DNA of 64,000 nucleotides from an uncultured Candidatus Rokubacteria bacterium (GCA_963754315.1 CAVWFS010000007.1:352001-416000), one strand, 5' to 3'. Shown: positions 8,834-19,705, numbered from the stretch's first letter. A program made the numbers and translations. Notes: generated by a model from the sequence alone, not told the origin.

Positions 8834-11158
8834 TCAGCCGGAAACGTTCGGAGGTTCCGGGAGCGCGAGTTGGATATCCCAGAGAAGGGGATCGTGGGCA
8901 CGGCTCACTTCGTTCTCGATCAACCCACCACACTCCGGGCAGTAAAACTGACGGAACGCCACCGGATCATCAATGAAGCGCTGGGGGTCTCCGATCAGCG
9001 GGTTGGCGACCTGGATGGGACGGTCCACGCGCAAGGCGTGCGCCTTGTAGTTCTCCCTGGCCGGGCAAAGGGGATGGCCGCAGCGTGTGCAGGCCAGATG
9101 TGGGCGGCCGCTCACGGAGACGAGATCGAGATACTCCGTCACGCGCCTGAGCACTGGTGCGCGCTGCGCGGGCACCCGCGGCGAGTGTCCCAGCCGCTCG
9201 ACGATGGCCTGCCGGCGGAGCGCCTGGGTGGCTGATTGGTCGACAGTAAGGTCGTCGTCGTCCTCCCCGTGCAGCACGACCCGAAAGATGTCCCGGGCCG
9301 CCGCCCGCGATACGTCGCCGTTCTCGACGTCCCGGCGGACCACCTCCGCGTCGCGCTCCAGGGGATCGCCGTAGGCGGCCCCGGCGGCGAAGGCGACCTC
9401 GTAGATGTCGGTCGGCCCCTGCCGGATATCGGTCTGGCGCAACTGGAGCAGCTCGTCCTGGCCGCTCGTCTCGCTGATGTCAGCCGGTATCCGGCGCTCC
9501 TTGAACCAGCGGAGGATGTCCGTGTTGCGCTTGAACTCGTAGGCGTTGGTGCACGCGGGGTAGCCACCGTAGAGGCCGGGCGCGGTGGGAATGGCTGCCC
9601 CCGACGACTCGGTCTCGTGCACGATCTCAGGCGTGCCGTGAGGGACGAAGGCCGTGATGGCGGAGTTGCCACCACGGTACTTACCGGCACCTCCCGAGTC
9701 GGTATTCTCACGACGATACAGGGTCAAAATCGGGAAGCTCTGCTCGTTGTGCTCGACGTTGCCGATGCGACAAATGGGGCTGCGCACCTGGCCTCCGGTG
9801 GCGATGCCGTCCCGGAAGGAGAAGGCGCCGATGGCGCCGACCATGGGATCGAGGAGGAGATACCCGAACTGTTCGCCCCATTGGTCGATGCCCCGGAAAC
9901 AGGTGAGCGGAAACTGGCTGGTCCCGCCGATGCACATCACATCGCGTCGGAGCTCCGGGTCACAGGCCAGCAGTTTCGACAGGGTGTTGTAGGCGGGATA
10001 CAGGGAGATCTCCATCGCCTGCACGGGTGCCGTGCTCACCGACGCGGGGTGCGTGGCCGAGGTGAAGGCGCCGATCGCGGGGCGGAACTGGATGTGCCGG
10101 AGGGCCCCGCCGATGGCGTAGAGCTGGTCCCAGCACAGGAGTTCGTTCACGGCGGTGAGGATCGAGCCGCGCCATCCCGAATAGGTCGTGTTGATAGCCC
10201 CCGTTTGGCTCGCCGTGCCGGCGTTGTCGAAGAGGAGCTGGCTCCCTCGCTTTTCCATGGTGAGCAGCACCTGATAGGTGCTGCGATCCCCCACCCGCGC
10301 CACCTCCACGTAGGTGCGTTCGCGAAAGATTCCGTCGGGGAGCTTGGCCATCTTCTGGAGAAAGGCCACCTCGGCCGTGTCGATGATCCTGCGCATGACC
10401 CCCTTCACCACCTCGGGACCATAGCGCTCGATGAGCTTGGTGATGCGACGGCTCGCCGTCACGTTGCCGGCGATCTGGGCCCGGAGGTCGAGCGCGACCA
10501 GATAGGGCTTGCGCGAGGCGCGCAGGTAGATCCCCTCCACGTCGCGGCGCAGCTCACCGCGTTCGATGATCTTGACGGGCGGAATGAGAATGCCCTCGTC
10601 GAACGTGTCGCGTGCATTGGGGCAGAAGCTGCCCGGCGTAATCCCCCCCACGTCGTACTGGTGCAGCACGTTGGTGATCCAGCAGAAGAGCCGGCCCTCC
10701 CAGAAGACCGGACAGAGCAGGGTGACGTCCATCTGGTGGGCCGCGCCCACCCAGGGATCGTTCGACAAGAACATGTCCCCGTCGTGGATGCCGGGGTTCG
10801 CGCTGCGGTGCTCGAGCGTCCACTTCACCTGGACGTCGGAGACGCCTGACATGTAGAGCTGGTACGGACCGTAATAGATGAATTCGCCGTCCTCGGTGAA
10901 GATCGACGAGTTGAGGTCAAAGGCGTACATGGCCACCGGGGAACCAGAGATGCGCTGGATGGTCATCCCCAGTTCCTCGTTGATCGTCCACAGGTGATGC
11001 CGCACGACCTCGTAGGTGATGGGATCGACCTTGTCCGTCCACTCCGTGTGCAGGGCCAGGCTCGGGTCGATCTGGAGCGTTGGTCCGGGGATGTACGGAA
11101 ACGTGACGCCGTCGTAGGGTCCCCCGGCCACCGAGGACGGATGCGGGGTGTCAGCCAT
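8834..11158 (-). CDS. hydantoinase B/oxoprolinase-family protein with C-terminal acetone-carboxylase gamma-like Zn domain
   Basis: DPITYEV, GDMFLSNDPWVGAAHQMD, HQYDVGG, DSGGAGKYRGG; C-terminal CTRCG…FYCPECG. Confidence 0.9.
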   Translation of the reverse strand: MADTPHPSSVAGGPYDGVTFPYIPGPTLQIDPSLALHTEWTDKVDPITYEVVRHHLWTINEELGMTIQRISGSPVAMYAFDLNSSIFTEDGEFIYYGPYQLYMSGVSDVQVKWTLEHRSANPGIHDGDMFLSNDPWVGAAHQMDVTLLCPVFWEGRLFCWITNVLHQYDVGGITPGSFCPNARDTFDEGILIPPVKIIERGELRRDVEGIYLRASRKPYLVALDLRAQIAGNVTASRRITKLIERYGPEVVKGVMRRIIDTAEVAFLQKMAKLPDGIFRERTYVEVARVGDRSTYQVLLTMEKRGSQLLFDNAGTASQTGAINTTYSGWRGSILTAVNELLCWDQLYAIGGALRHIQFRPAIGAFTSATHPASVSTAPVQAMEISLYPAYNTLSKLLACDPELRRDVMCIGGTSQFPLTCFRGIDQWGEQFGYLLLDPMVGAIGAFSFRDGIATGGQVRSPICRIGNVEHNEQSFPILTLYRRENTDSGGAGKYRGGNSAITAFVPHGTPEIVHETESSGAAIPTAPGLYGGYPACTNAYEFKRNTDILRWFKERRIPADISETSGQDELLQLRQTDIRQGPTDIYEVAFAAGAAYGDPLERDAEVVRRDVENGDVSRAAARDIFRVVLHGEDDDDLTVDQSATQALRRQAIVERLGHSPRVPAQRAPVLRRVTEYLDLVSVSGRPHLACTRCGHPLCPARENYKAHALRVDRPIQVANPLIGDPQRFIDDPVAFRQFYCPECGGLIENEVSRAHDPLLWDIQLALPEPPNVSG

Positions 11159-11161
11159 GGC

Positions 11162-13273
11162 TCACTGTCCTCCGTGAAGATCGATCAGCACATTGCCGTA
11201 GGGATCGACGCGGGCGGCCTGCCCGGGATGGACGACGATCGTCGTGTCCGGGACCTGGATGACAGCCGGCCCTCTCACGATGTTACCCGCCTGCAGGCGA
11301 TTGCCCCAAAAGATCGGCGTGGTCTCGAACTCACTCGTTTCCGCCCAGTACACGGGCCGGGACGGCGCGCACGCGTCGGATGGCGGCATTGGGCCGTGCT
11401 CTTGTGCTGGCTGGAGGCGGGGCTTTGGGCTCACGGCTGACGTCCGCACGCGGTAGGTCACGATCTCCACCCGCGCCTCGCGGAAGCCTGCCCCGGGACC
11501 GTAGAGGTCCTCGTACCGCGCGTGAAAGGCGGCCACGAGCCCTTCGAGAGCAGCCGTTCCCAGCGGTCCGTCCGGTACGCCGACCTCGACCTCGTTGATC
11601 TGCCCCTTGTACCGTAAGTCGGCAGACCGCTGGATGCGGGCGGTCGTGAGATCGACGGCGTCCTCGCGGAGCTGAGCGACACCCTGTTCCTCCAACTGGG
11701 CGAAGACGGCATTGACCCGGGCCGGCTCGAACGGGTTGGCGAGGATGTCTACCGTCTCGTGGATATGCAGCAGGTCGGCAGCCGCGGCGCCAAGCGCCGA
11801 CCAGAGCGAGCACACGCCGCCAAGCGGCACGATGACAGACTGCGCGCCCAGTTCCCGCGCGTACACACCCGCATGGACTGGCCCCGCGCCTCCGTAGGCG
11901 AACACGACGAAGTCACGGGGATCGTACCCCTTCTGGACGGTGACCTTGCGGATGAGATCGGCCATCTGGTGCTCGACCACGCGCGCGGCGCCACTGGCCG
12001 TCTCGACGACCCCGAGACCGAGGCGACTGGCCAGAGGCGCCAGGCTGGCCAAGGCGGCCTCACGATCCAGACGCAAGCGCCCTCCCAGGAACTGCCCGGG
12101 ATCGAGGTAGCCAAGGACGAGGGCGGCATCGGTCACCGTGGGCTGCTGGCCTCCTCGCCCGTAGCACACGGGTCCCGGATCGGCCCCCGCCGACACAGGC
12201 CCGACGCGCAGGCTCCCGCTCGATTCGTCAAGCCAGATGATGCTGCCGCCGCCACTCCCGATGGAACGAATGTCGATCCGGGGGACGAAGTATTCGTACT
12301 GATTGACGACGCTCTGATAGCTCGCCACCGGCGCCCCGCCATGCACGAGCCCAACGTCGAACGACGTCCCCCCCATGTCGGTGGCGATCACATTCTTCTG
12401 GCCGAGCACCTCACCCAGGAACTGGGAGGCAAGCACGCCTGCCACTGGCCCGGAGTCCAGGGTCAGGAGCGGCTTTCGTGCAGCCTCGCCGGCCGGGACC
12501 ACGCCTCCCCCGCACTGCATGACCTGCACCGGGGTGGCCAGCCCTGCCCCACCGACCCGACGCCCCACCCTGTCCATGTACGAGGCAGTGACCGGCCCGA
12601 GGTAGGCGTTGATCACGGTCGCCGCCGTGCGTTCGTACTCGCCCCAGCGGGGAACCAGATCGACCGAGCAGCAGACGAAGACTCCGGGCGCCAGCTCCTC
12701 CACCATGGCCTTCACGCGGCGCTCGTGCGCGGGATGCTTGAAGGACCAGAGGAAACAGATGGCGATGGCCTCCACCCCCTTGGCAACCAGCCTTCGGATG
12801 GAGCGCTCTGCTTCCTCCTCGTTCAACTCGACCACCACGTCGCCCTTGCAGTCGACCCGCTCACTCACCTCCCCAATGAGGGTCTTGGGGACGATGGGGT
12901 CGGGCTTGTTGCTTTCGGGGAAGTGCAGCACCTTCTCGCTGGCCAGACCAGGAACCCCGCGCGCGCCCCGCATGATGTGGATGACGTCGCGATGCCCCTT
13001 GGTCGTGATCAGGCCCACCCGGGCACCGCGCCGCTGCAGGAGGGCGTTGGTGCCGACCGTAGTCCCGAGCGCGAGCCGCGCCGTGCGGCGGAGCACGGCT
13101 TCGGTAGTGAGTCCGAGCCTCTCGGCTACGAGGTCGAGAGCATCGAGGACGCCCGTCGAGAAATCGCGCGGCGTGGAGGGAGCCTTGGCGGTCACGATGC
13201 GCCCGCTGCCGTCGATGACCACGCAATCGGTGAAGGTCCCGCCCGTGTCGATTCCGCAGATGAAATCCTTCAT
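11162..13273 (-). CDS. hydantoinase A/oxoprolinase-family ATP-binding subunit
   Basis: GIDTGGTFTD, SGPVAG, TDMGGTSFD, GSGGGSI, AYGGAGP; start at MKDF. Confidence 0.93.
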   Translation of the reverse strand: MKDFICGIDTGGTFTDCVVIDGSGRIVTAKAPSTPRDFSTGVLDALDLVAERLGLTTEAVLRRTARLALGTTVGTNALLQRRGARVGLITTKGHRDVIHIMRGARGVPGLASEKVLHFPESNKPDPIVPKTLIGEVSERVDCKGDVVVELNEEEAERSIRRLVAKGVEAIAICFLWSFKHPAHERRVKAMVEELAPGVFVCCSVDLVPRWGEYERTAATVINAYLGPVTASYMDRVGRRVGGAGLATPVQVMQCGGGVVPAGEAARKPLLTLDSGPVAGVLASQFLGEVLGQKNVIATDMGGTSFDVGLVHGGAPVASYQSVVNQYEYFVPRIDIRSIGSGGGSIIWLDESSGSLRVGPVSAGADPGPVCYGRGGQQPTVTDAALVLGYLDPGQFLGGRLRLDREAALASLAPLASRLGLGVVETASGAARVVEHQMADLIRKVTVQKGYDPRDFVVFAYGGAGPVHAGVYARELGAQSVIVPLGGVCSLWSALGAAAADLLHIHETVDILANPFEPARVNAVFAQLEEQGVAQLREDAVDLTTARIQRSADLRYKGQINEVEVGVPDGPLGTAALEGLVAAFHARYEDLYGPGAGFREARVEIVTYRVRTSAVSPKPRLQPAQEHGPMPPSDACAPSRPVYWAETSEFETTPIFWGNRLQAGNIVRGPAVIQVPDTTIVVHPGQAARVDPYGNVLIDLHGGQ

Positions 13274-13356
13274 CGGTGTCCTCGTCCCCGACACGATACC
13301 TCCCACGCGTGCTGCCAGCAACGGGTTCGCCTCCTGGCGCAGCCGGCCCTGCTCAC

Positions 13357-14034
13357 CTAGCCGATCAGCCCGATAGCACGAGCGGCCAGCACAACCAGCA
13401 CCAGCAGCGCGAGACTCACCTGCAGCATCATGAGAAGCTTGAGGGGGCGGGCCAGCGGCACCGCGTCGCCCGGTCCCAAGGTACTCGACATGCAGAACGA
13501 CACGAACAGGTAGTCCACGAAGCCCGGGATCCAGCCCTCGTACCCGCGATACTGGACGTTGTTCTGGGGAAACACCAGCCACCACCGCAGCGGGGTCCCG
13601 GCCGCCCCCTGCACTTTTCGGGGATGGTCGAGGGTGGTGTACCACACAGTGAAGAGCAGCACCACCGAAACGTGGACGCAGGTCGCCTCCAGCAGCAAGT
13701 AGAGCGGATTGGCCTGGTGGCCGAAGAGCGTGGAGGCAACGAGGCTGATGATGTCCAGGATGAGCCCCAGCGTTTGCAGCGCCACCACGCCGATCGTCAG
13801 ACGTCGATGGTGCTCGCGGAACAGGAAAGGCCAGGTGACCAGCACGGCCACCGCGCACACCAGGTTGAGCTGGCTCAGGCGCGTCTCGAGGAACTGCACC
13901 GACGCGACGAGCGAGGGCTGTACATATGCCACCAGAGAGAGGGTTGACGCGGTGAACAGGTCGACCAGCACCACCACGCCGAGCGCGACCCCACAGGCCA
14001 GATCCACGGGGTGACGCGGTGCCGGCGCCTCCAC
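13357..14034 (-). CDS. membrane protein, DUF1345-like
   Basis: Several TM helices; WIPGFVDYLFVSF…STLGPGD…KLLMMLQ. Confidence 0.65.
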   Translation of the reverse strand: MEAPAPRHPVDLACGVALGVVVLVDLFTASTLSLVAYVQPSLVASVQFLETRLSQLNLVCAVAVLVTWPFLFREHHRRLTIGVVALQTLGLILDIISLVASTLFGHQANPLYLLLEATCVHVSVVLLFTVWYTTLDHPRKVQGAAGTPLRWWLVFPQNNVQYRGYEGWIPGFVDYLFVSFCMSSTLGPGDAVPLARPLKLLMMLQVSLALLVLVVLAARAIGLIG

Positions 14035-14047
14035 CCGCGCCGAGGGT

Positions 14048-15442
14048 CTAGCTGCGGTAACGGGACATCCCGCCTGCCTGCACGTCCTTGTTGAGCTTCT
14101 TGCTCAGATGAAGGCCCTCCAGGACAAACTCCACGGCGGACGCCACGCTGGCCGGATCCTGCGCGCCGAGCCTGGTCGCCGCTGTCCCGAGACTGCCGAC
14201 TTGTTTTGCCTGGCGAACGTAGTCTGCCGACGCCATGGTATCGGAAACGTCGATGCGCAGGCCCGCCTCGAAGGCCTTCACCACCTCCTCCAGCTCGGCC
14301 GTCTTGAAGCGCCGGTTGAAGACGTTGAGGACGGCCCGCTGCATCAGCTTGCCGAGCACCTTGTCCTCGCTCGTTTCGCCCAGGGTTTCGAGCTCGATCT
14401 TGCCGCTGGTCGAGGCCACGATGGCCCCGAGATCGCTCACCCGCGGCGCCGCCTCGCGCTCCCCCAGGCGGATGGCGCGCTTGAGGGCGCTGGAAACCAG
14501 GTTCTCGTAATTGCAGATGCTGACCCGCACCGACACCCCCGAGCGCTGGCTTATCTCGCCAGACTTGCGGGCCAGGTGCGTCAGCTCGGCCACCACCTGC
14601 TTCATGAAGTCGAGCGTGGTGGTCGTCATCCCGTCGCTGGCGAAGTGGGTTCGCTCGGCGTCCATGATGGCGATCTCGTCTTCCAGGCGGCGGGGATAGT
14701 GGGTACGGATCTGAGACCCGAACCGGTCCTTGAGGGGCGTGATGATGCGCCCCCGGTTGGTGTAGTCCTCGGGGTTGGCGCTGGCCACCACGTAGAGGTC
14801 GAGGGGCAGGCGAACCTTGTAGCCGCGGATCTGGACGTCGCGCTCCTCCATGATATTCAAGAGCCCGACCTGGATCCGCTCGGCGAGATCGGGCAGCTCG
14901 TTGATGGCGAAGATGCCCCGATTGGTGCGCGGCAGCAACCCATAGTGGATGGTCAGCTCGTCGGCCAGGTAGCGACCCTCGGCGACCTTGATGGGATCCA
15001 CTTCACCGATCAGATCGGCGATGGTGATGTCGGGAGTGGCCAGCTTCTCTCCGTAGCGGCGATCGCGCGGAAGCCACACGATCTCGGCCGCCTCACCCTT
15101 TTCGGCGAGCACGGCCCGGCCCGCCCCCGAGATCGGCGTCAAGGGGTCGTCGTTCAGCTCGCCGCCGGCCAGAACCGGGATGGCCTCATCGAGGAGATGG
15201 ACAAGCAAGCGGGCCATGCGCGTCTTGGCCTGGCCGCGCTCGCCCAGAAACACAATGTCCTGGCCGCTCAGAATCGCGTTCTCGATCTGGGGGATCACGC
15301 TGTCCTCGAAACCGACGATGCCCGGGAAGAGCGGCTCGCCGCGCCGCAAACGTCCGATCAGATTGTCGCGCAACTCCTCTTTGACCGATTTCGGGCGGTA
15401 TCCACTATCCTTCAACTCGCGAAGTGTGCGTGCTCTCGTCAT
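14048..15442 (-). CDS. MoxR/magnesium-chelatase-like AAA+ ATPase
   Basis: GERGQAKT Walker A, INELPDL, ASANPEDYTNRG. Confidence 0.85.
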   Translation of the reverse strand: MTRARTLRELKDSGYRPKSVKEELRDNLIGRLRRGEPLFPGIVGFEDSVIPQIENAILSGQDIVFLGERGQAKTRMARLLVHLLDEAIPVLAGGELNDDPLTPISGAGRAVLAEKGEAAEIVWLPRDRRYGEKLATPDITIADLIGEVDPIKVAEGRYLADELTIHYGLLPRTNRGIFAINELPDLAERIQVGLLNIMEERDVQIRGYKVRLPLDLYVVASANPEDYTNRGRIITPLKDRFGSQIRTHYPRRLEDEIAIMDAERTHFASDGMTTTTLDFMKQVVAELTHLARKSGEISQRSGVSVRVSICNYENLVSSALKRAIRLGEREAAPRVSDLGAIVASTSGKIELETLGETSEDKVLGKLMQRAVLNVFNRRFKTAELEEVVKAFEAGLRIDVSDTMASADYVRQAKQVGSLGTAATRLGAQDPASVASAVEFVLEGLHLSKKLNKDVQAGGMSRYRS

Positions 15443-15619
15443 GTCGATGGGTCCTGTCGGACCGGGGTTGGTGGCTGCACTCCCCGGTCGGTGATCGCGA
15501 TGGGACTGCTCACGCGGCCACTCTGCGGCCTGCGCGCGGCGGTGTCAACACGCATGGTGACATCGCCGGCTCGCGGACTGCTACGATGGACAGTGACCCT
15601 CGGGAGGTAAGGAGAGGCC

Positions 15620-17647
15620 ATGAAGGTCCATCGCGCCAGTGTCTGTACGCTCGACTGCCCTGACACCTGCAGCCTCACGGTGACGATCGACGACGACCGA
15701 ATCGTCGAGGTGCGCGGGTCGCGCGCCAACCCCTACACGGCCGGCGTCATCTGCGCCAAGGTCGCGCGCTCTTATCCGGAGTTCGTCCACGGCTCCAGGC
15801 GGCTGCGGACGCCGCTCAGGCGTATCGGGGCCAAGGGCGACGCGCGCTTCGAGCCGATCAGCTGGGAGGAGGCGCTGTCCGTCGTGTACACCCGGTTCAC
15901 GAGCATCATGGCCACCCACGGCCCGCAGGCCATCGTGCCCTTCAACTACGCGGGCCCGCATGGCATGCTGGCCGGCGGCTCGATGGACCTCCGCTTCTTT
16001 CATAAGCTCGGGGCCAGCCTGCTCGATCGGAAGCCCCTGTGCGGGGGCATACGGACCGAGGCGTGGGTGGGCACCTTCGGGCCCGTGCCGGGCATGCCCC
16101 CCGAGCAGGCCGCCCATGCAAAGCTCATCATCGCGTGGGGAAATAACGTCACGTGGTCGAACTTGCACCTGATGCCCGTCATCAACCAGGCGCGTCGGGC
16201 AGGCGCCAAGCTGGTGGTGGTCGATCCGCGCCGCACCAAGATCGCCGAGCAGGCGGACCTGCATCTGGCCTTGCAGCCCGGGACGGACGTGGTGCTAGCC
16301 TGGGCGCTCGCGGCCGAGCTCGAGCGCCAGGGCGGCCTCGACCACGCCTTCATCGAACGCCACGTGGCAGGCTTCGAGCCCTACATGGAACGCGCACGCC
16401 GCGTGGACGTTTCAGAGGCGGCGCGCCTCTGCCGGGTGCCCGAGACGCAGATTCGTCAGCTGAGCAACTGGTATCAGGCCGCCTCACCGGCTGCCATCAG
16501 CGTGGGCAATGGCCTCGAGCGCAACCAGAACGGCGGAAGCGGCATTCGCGCCATTTTTGCCCTCCCGGCGCTGGCCGGCAAGTTCGGCATCCTGGGTGGG
16601 GGTCTCATCAATGGCGCCTCCTTCGCGTTTCCCAAGACGCCACGCCAGCTGCAGCGTCCGGATCTCGTACCAGCAGGAACGCGCACGCTCAACATCGTCG
16701 ACATCGGGCGCCACCTGACCGATCCCAACCTGACGCCTCCGATCAAGGCCCTCTTCATCTACAACCACAACCCGCTGATCGTGCATCCGGACCAGAACCG
16801 GCTGCGACGCGGTCTCGGGCGCGAGGATCTCTTCGTGGTCGGCGCTGACGTGGCGATGACGGACAGCCTGGCCTACGCCGACATCGTGCTCCCCGCTTGC
16901 AGCCACTTCGAGCATGACGACATCTTTGCGGCGTACGGGCATCAGTGGTTGCAGCGCTCCGAGGCGGTGATTCCCCGTCAAGGCCAGGCCCTTCCCAACA
17001 CCGAGATCTTTCGTCGTCTGGCTGCCCGTTTCGGCTTCACCGATGGGATTTTCGCGGCCACCGATGCCGAACTGATGGACGATGCCATCGACGGCTCCGA
17101 TCCTCGCCTGGGTGGCCTGCCTCCGCACCGTATCCCCACCGATCGCGCTCTGGCCATGACCGTGAACGGGGAGGAGGCCGTCCTCTTCGGCAACGTGTTT
17201 CCGAAGACGCCGTCGGGAAAGGTGGAGCTGTCCTCGACGTACCTGGACGAGAAGTACGGGGCGCTCTTGCCCACCTGGCGTCCATACGAGTCCAGCCTCC
17301 CCCTCACCTTGATCTCCCCGGCCTCCGATCACCGCATCACGTCGACCTTCGGGGGGGTGGCAGGAAGTGAGTCGACACCGCCTCTCGAGATGCACCCTGA
17401 GGACGCGCGCGTCCGGGGCCTCAGCGATGGTGTTCGGGTTCGGGTCTGGAACGAGCTGGGGGAGATTCACCTTCCCCTGAGAATCACGGATATCGTGGCC
17501 AAGGGGGTCGTGGCCACCCTGAAAGGCACCTGGCTCTCCACGAGCGACAACGGCCAGACCGTATCGGCGCTCTGCCCGGCTCACCACGCCGATATCTCGG
17601 AGGGAGCCTGCTTCAACGACACGCGCGTTGAGGTCGCGGCGTTGTAG
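15620..17647 (+). CDS. molybdopterin-dependent oxidoreductase, catalytic subunit
   Basis: CTLDCPDTC…CAK 4Fe-4S motif, VVVDPRRT, PGTD, C-terminal MHPEDA domain. Confidence 0.92.
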   Translation: MKVHRASVCTLDCPDTCSLTVTIDDDRIVEVRGSRANPYTAGVICAKVARSYPEFVHGSRRLRTPLRRIGAKGDARFEPISWEEALSVVYTRFTSIMATHGPQAIVPFNYAGPHGMLAGGSMDLRFFHKLGASLLDRKPLCGGIRTEAWVGTFGPVPGMPPEQAAHAKLIIAWGNNVTWSNLHLMPVINQARRAGAKLVVVDPRRTKIAEQADLHLALQPGTDVVLAWALAAELERQGGLDHAFIERHVAGFEPYMERARRVDVSEAARLCRVPETQIRQLSNWYQAASPAAISVGNGLERNQNGGSGIRAIFALPALAGKFGILGGGLINGASFAFPKTPRQLQRPDLVPAGTRTLNIVDIGRHLTDPNLTPPIKALFIYNHNPLIVHPDQNRLRRGLGREDLFVVGADVAMTDSLAYADIVLPACSHFEHDDIFAAYGHQWLQRSEAVIPRQGQALPNTEIFRRLAARFGFTDGIFAATDAELMDDAIDGSDPRLGGLPPHRIPTDRALAMTVNGEEAVLFGNVFPKTPSGKVELSSTYLDEKYGALLPTWRPYESSLPLTLISPASDHRITSTFGGVAGSESTPPLEMHPEDARVRGLSDGVRVRVWNELGEIHLPLRITDIVAKGVVATLKGTWLSTSDNGQTVSALCPAHHADISEGACFNDTRVEVAAL

Positions 17648-17656
17648 ACTGCTCGC

Positions 17657-18091
17657 GTGCGTTGCGCCCGGCGCCGGTGGTCAGTGGTCCTGGTCACGGG
17701 TCTCTTGAGTGTCCTGGCCGCAGCGGCCGACGCCGAGCACGAGGTGTTCTATCGCTACATCGTGCTCGGTTACGTCAAGGATTCGGGTGGTGTTCCAATG
17801 AGTGGGGTTCAGCTCGAACTCATTCGCGACAAGACCGGGTTCTCCTACCTCGGCCACACCGGGCCCGACGGGTTCTTTCTCATCGTGGCGCGCCTGGGTG
17901 ACGAGAGCATGGGAGAGCGCCTCACCCTGCGCATGGGCCAGGTCACGACGGTCATTACGACTCGCTTCGACCCGACCAATCACGCCGACCACCGGGGGAC
18001 ACGGGTCGATGTCCAGGGACGCACTTTCCAGGAGAGCGCCGCCTCCTTCAAGACGACCTTGGCGCACTTCCTGGGTACTCCATCGCGCTGA
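17657..18091 (+). CDS. secreted hypothetical protein
   Basis: Signal peptide; beta-rich GYVKDSGGVP…TGPDGFF. Confidence 0.65.
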   Translation: MRCARRRWSVVLVTGLLSVLAAAADAEHEVFYRYIVLGYVKDSGGVPMSGVQLELIRDKTGFSYLGHTGPDGFFLIVARLGDESMGERLTLRMGQVTTVITTRFDPTNHADHRGTRVDVQGRTFQESAASFKTTLAHFLGTPSR

Positions 18092-18125
18092 GAGCCCAAA
18101 GAGCCAGTAGCCAGGGAGGGTTGCC

Positions 18126-18395
18126 ATGAAAAAGGCCGCGCGGCGCGACATGAAGGCCTACGTCCTCATCGAGACCTCGCCCGGCAAGGCCAAGAGCGTC
18201 AAGCACGCCCTCGCCAGGGTTCGGGGGGCGACGGCCAGCGTTGCCAGTCTCGACGGAGTGACGGGGCCGTATGACTTCATCGCGGTGGTGGAGGGACCCA
18301 CCTTAGACGCCATAGGGCGTCTCGTGACCGACGAGATCGGTGCCGTCAGCGGGGTGACTCGCACGACCACGTGCGTGGCGGTGGCCATCGGCTGA
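18126..18395 (+). CDS. Lrp/AsnC ligand-binding domain protein
   Basis: AYVLI…VTGPYDFIA…GVTRTTTC; GGAGG RBS. Confidence 0.85.
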   Translation: MKKAARRDMKAYVLIETSPGKAKSVKHALARVRGATASVASLDGVTGPYDFIAVVEGPTLDAIGRLVTDEIGAVSGVTRTTTCVAVAIG

Positions 18396-18427
18396 CCGTG
18401 CAAGGTCTCGTCGGCTCCGACACCTAG

Positions 18428-19378
18428 GTGACCTCTTTCGCTCGCCCCATCAAGGTGCTCGTCTACGACACCGCTGCGCCGCACTATGCGAAGCTCATCA
18501 CGCCGTCACCCCGCGTGAGCCTGTGTATCTGCACCACACCCGACGAGGCGGCCCGCGCCATCCGAGAGGCTGACGTGGTATACGGCTGGAAGATTCCCCC
18601 CGACGTCTGGCGCGGGGCTCGTCAACTTCGCTGGCTCCAGGTGATGGGCGCGGGGGTCGATTGGGCCCTCGTTTCAACCCTGCCCCGACGCGTCACCGTT
18701 ACCCGGGCGCCTGGTCTGTTCGGCCCCTGGATGGTCGAGTACACACTCGGCTGGTGCTTGTGGGTCACCCAGCGCATGTCGACGTTCACGACGGCTCAGC
18801 GCGAGCGGCGCTGGCTCCGCGACGTCATTCCCGATCGTCTGGGCGGTCGCACCATGACGGTCATCGGACTCGGCGACATCGGCGGCGCCATCGCGCGCGC
18901 GGCGCGAGCCCTCGGCATGACCGTGGTGGGTGTGAGCCGGTCGGGGCGCCCCACGCGGGGGGTGAAGCGGGTCTACCCACCCCGTGATCTCCGCCGGGCT
19001 CTTGCTCTGGGCGACTTCGTCGTCGTGGCCGTGCCTCTCACGCGCGAGACCCGGGGCTTCTTCGGGTCAGACGAGATCGCCGCCATGCGACCCTCAGCCT
19101 GGCTCATGAACATCGCGCGCGGCCCGGTGGTCGACGAGGAGGCCTTGGTCGACGCGCTCCGGGCTCGGCGCATTGGGGGCGCCATCCTCGACGTCTTTGC
19201 CACCGAGCCCTTGCCGGCCCATCATCCGCTGTGGAGCCTCGAGAATGTCGTCATCACGCCGCACATCTCGGGCCCGAGTACCCCCGAGCAGATGACGCCG
19301 GTGTTCAATCGCAACCTTGCCCGCTATCTGCGAGGGCAGCCTCTCCTTCACGTGGTCGAGCGTCGGCGAGGATACTGA
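18428..19378 (+). CDS. D-2-hydroxyacid dehydrogenase
   Basis: GLGDIG, NIARGPVVDE, LDVFATEPL, ITPHISG. Confidence 0.92.
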   Translation: MTSFARPIKVLVYDTAAPHYAKLITPSPRVSLCICTTPDEAARAIREADVVYGWKIPPDVWRGARQLRWLQVMGAGVDWALVSTLPRRVTVTRAPGLFGPWMVEYTLGWCLWVTQRMSTFTTAQRERRWLRDVIPDRLGGRTMTVIGLGDIGGAIARAARALGMTVVGVSRSGRPTRGVKRVYPPRDLRRALALGDFVVVAVPLTRETRGFFGSDEIAAMRPSAWLMNIARGPVVDEEALVDALRARRIGGAILDVFATEPLPAHHPLWSLENVVITPHISGPSTPEQMTPVFNRNLARYLRGQPLLHVVERRRGY

Positions 19379-19441
19379 GCGCCCGTCACGCCCTAAGGCA
19401 GACTCTTGACATCAAGCATCAAGGGTTTTACCGGTTTTAGT

Positions 19442-19705
19442 ATGAAAAGTGTCGTTTCCAGCAAGGGACAGATCACGCTGCCCGTCGAGGTCAGGGATAA
19501 GCTGGGGCTGGAGGCGGGAACGGCCGTCCGTTTCGAGCTATGCGAGGGCGGCGTCGTCATTCGCAAGGGTCGGCCCGGCGCCCACCCCGTCGACCAGATG
19601 TTTGGCGCGCTTACCCTCGACCGTTCCGTCGATACGCTGCTCGACGAAATGCGCGGCCCCCGCCCGGCCCCGTCGCGGCGCCGCCGCGGCCGCCGGCGTC
19701 CTTGA
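19442..19705 (+). CDS. AbrB/MazE-family antitoxin
   Basis: [19 protein letters not shown]. Confidence 0.88.
   Translation: MKSVVSSKGQITLPVEVRDKLGLEAGTAVRFELCEGGVVIRKGRPGAHPVDQMFGALTLDRSVDTLLDEMRGPRPAPSRRRRGRRRP

Noticed and set aside
6574..8839. CACTC(G/A)GCC at both sides of the decayed element as an att core
   Set aside because: Only 8/9 identity in GC-rich DNA; not significant.
11162..13858. 898-aa hydantoinase A with a long N-terminal extension
   Set aside because: The extension overlaps the DUF1345-like gene in another frame; the family start motif begins at 13273.
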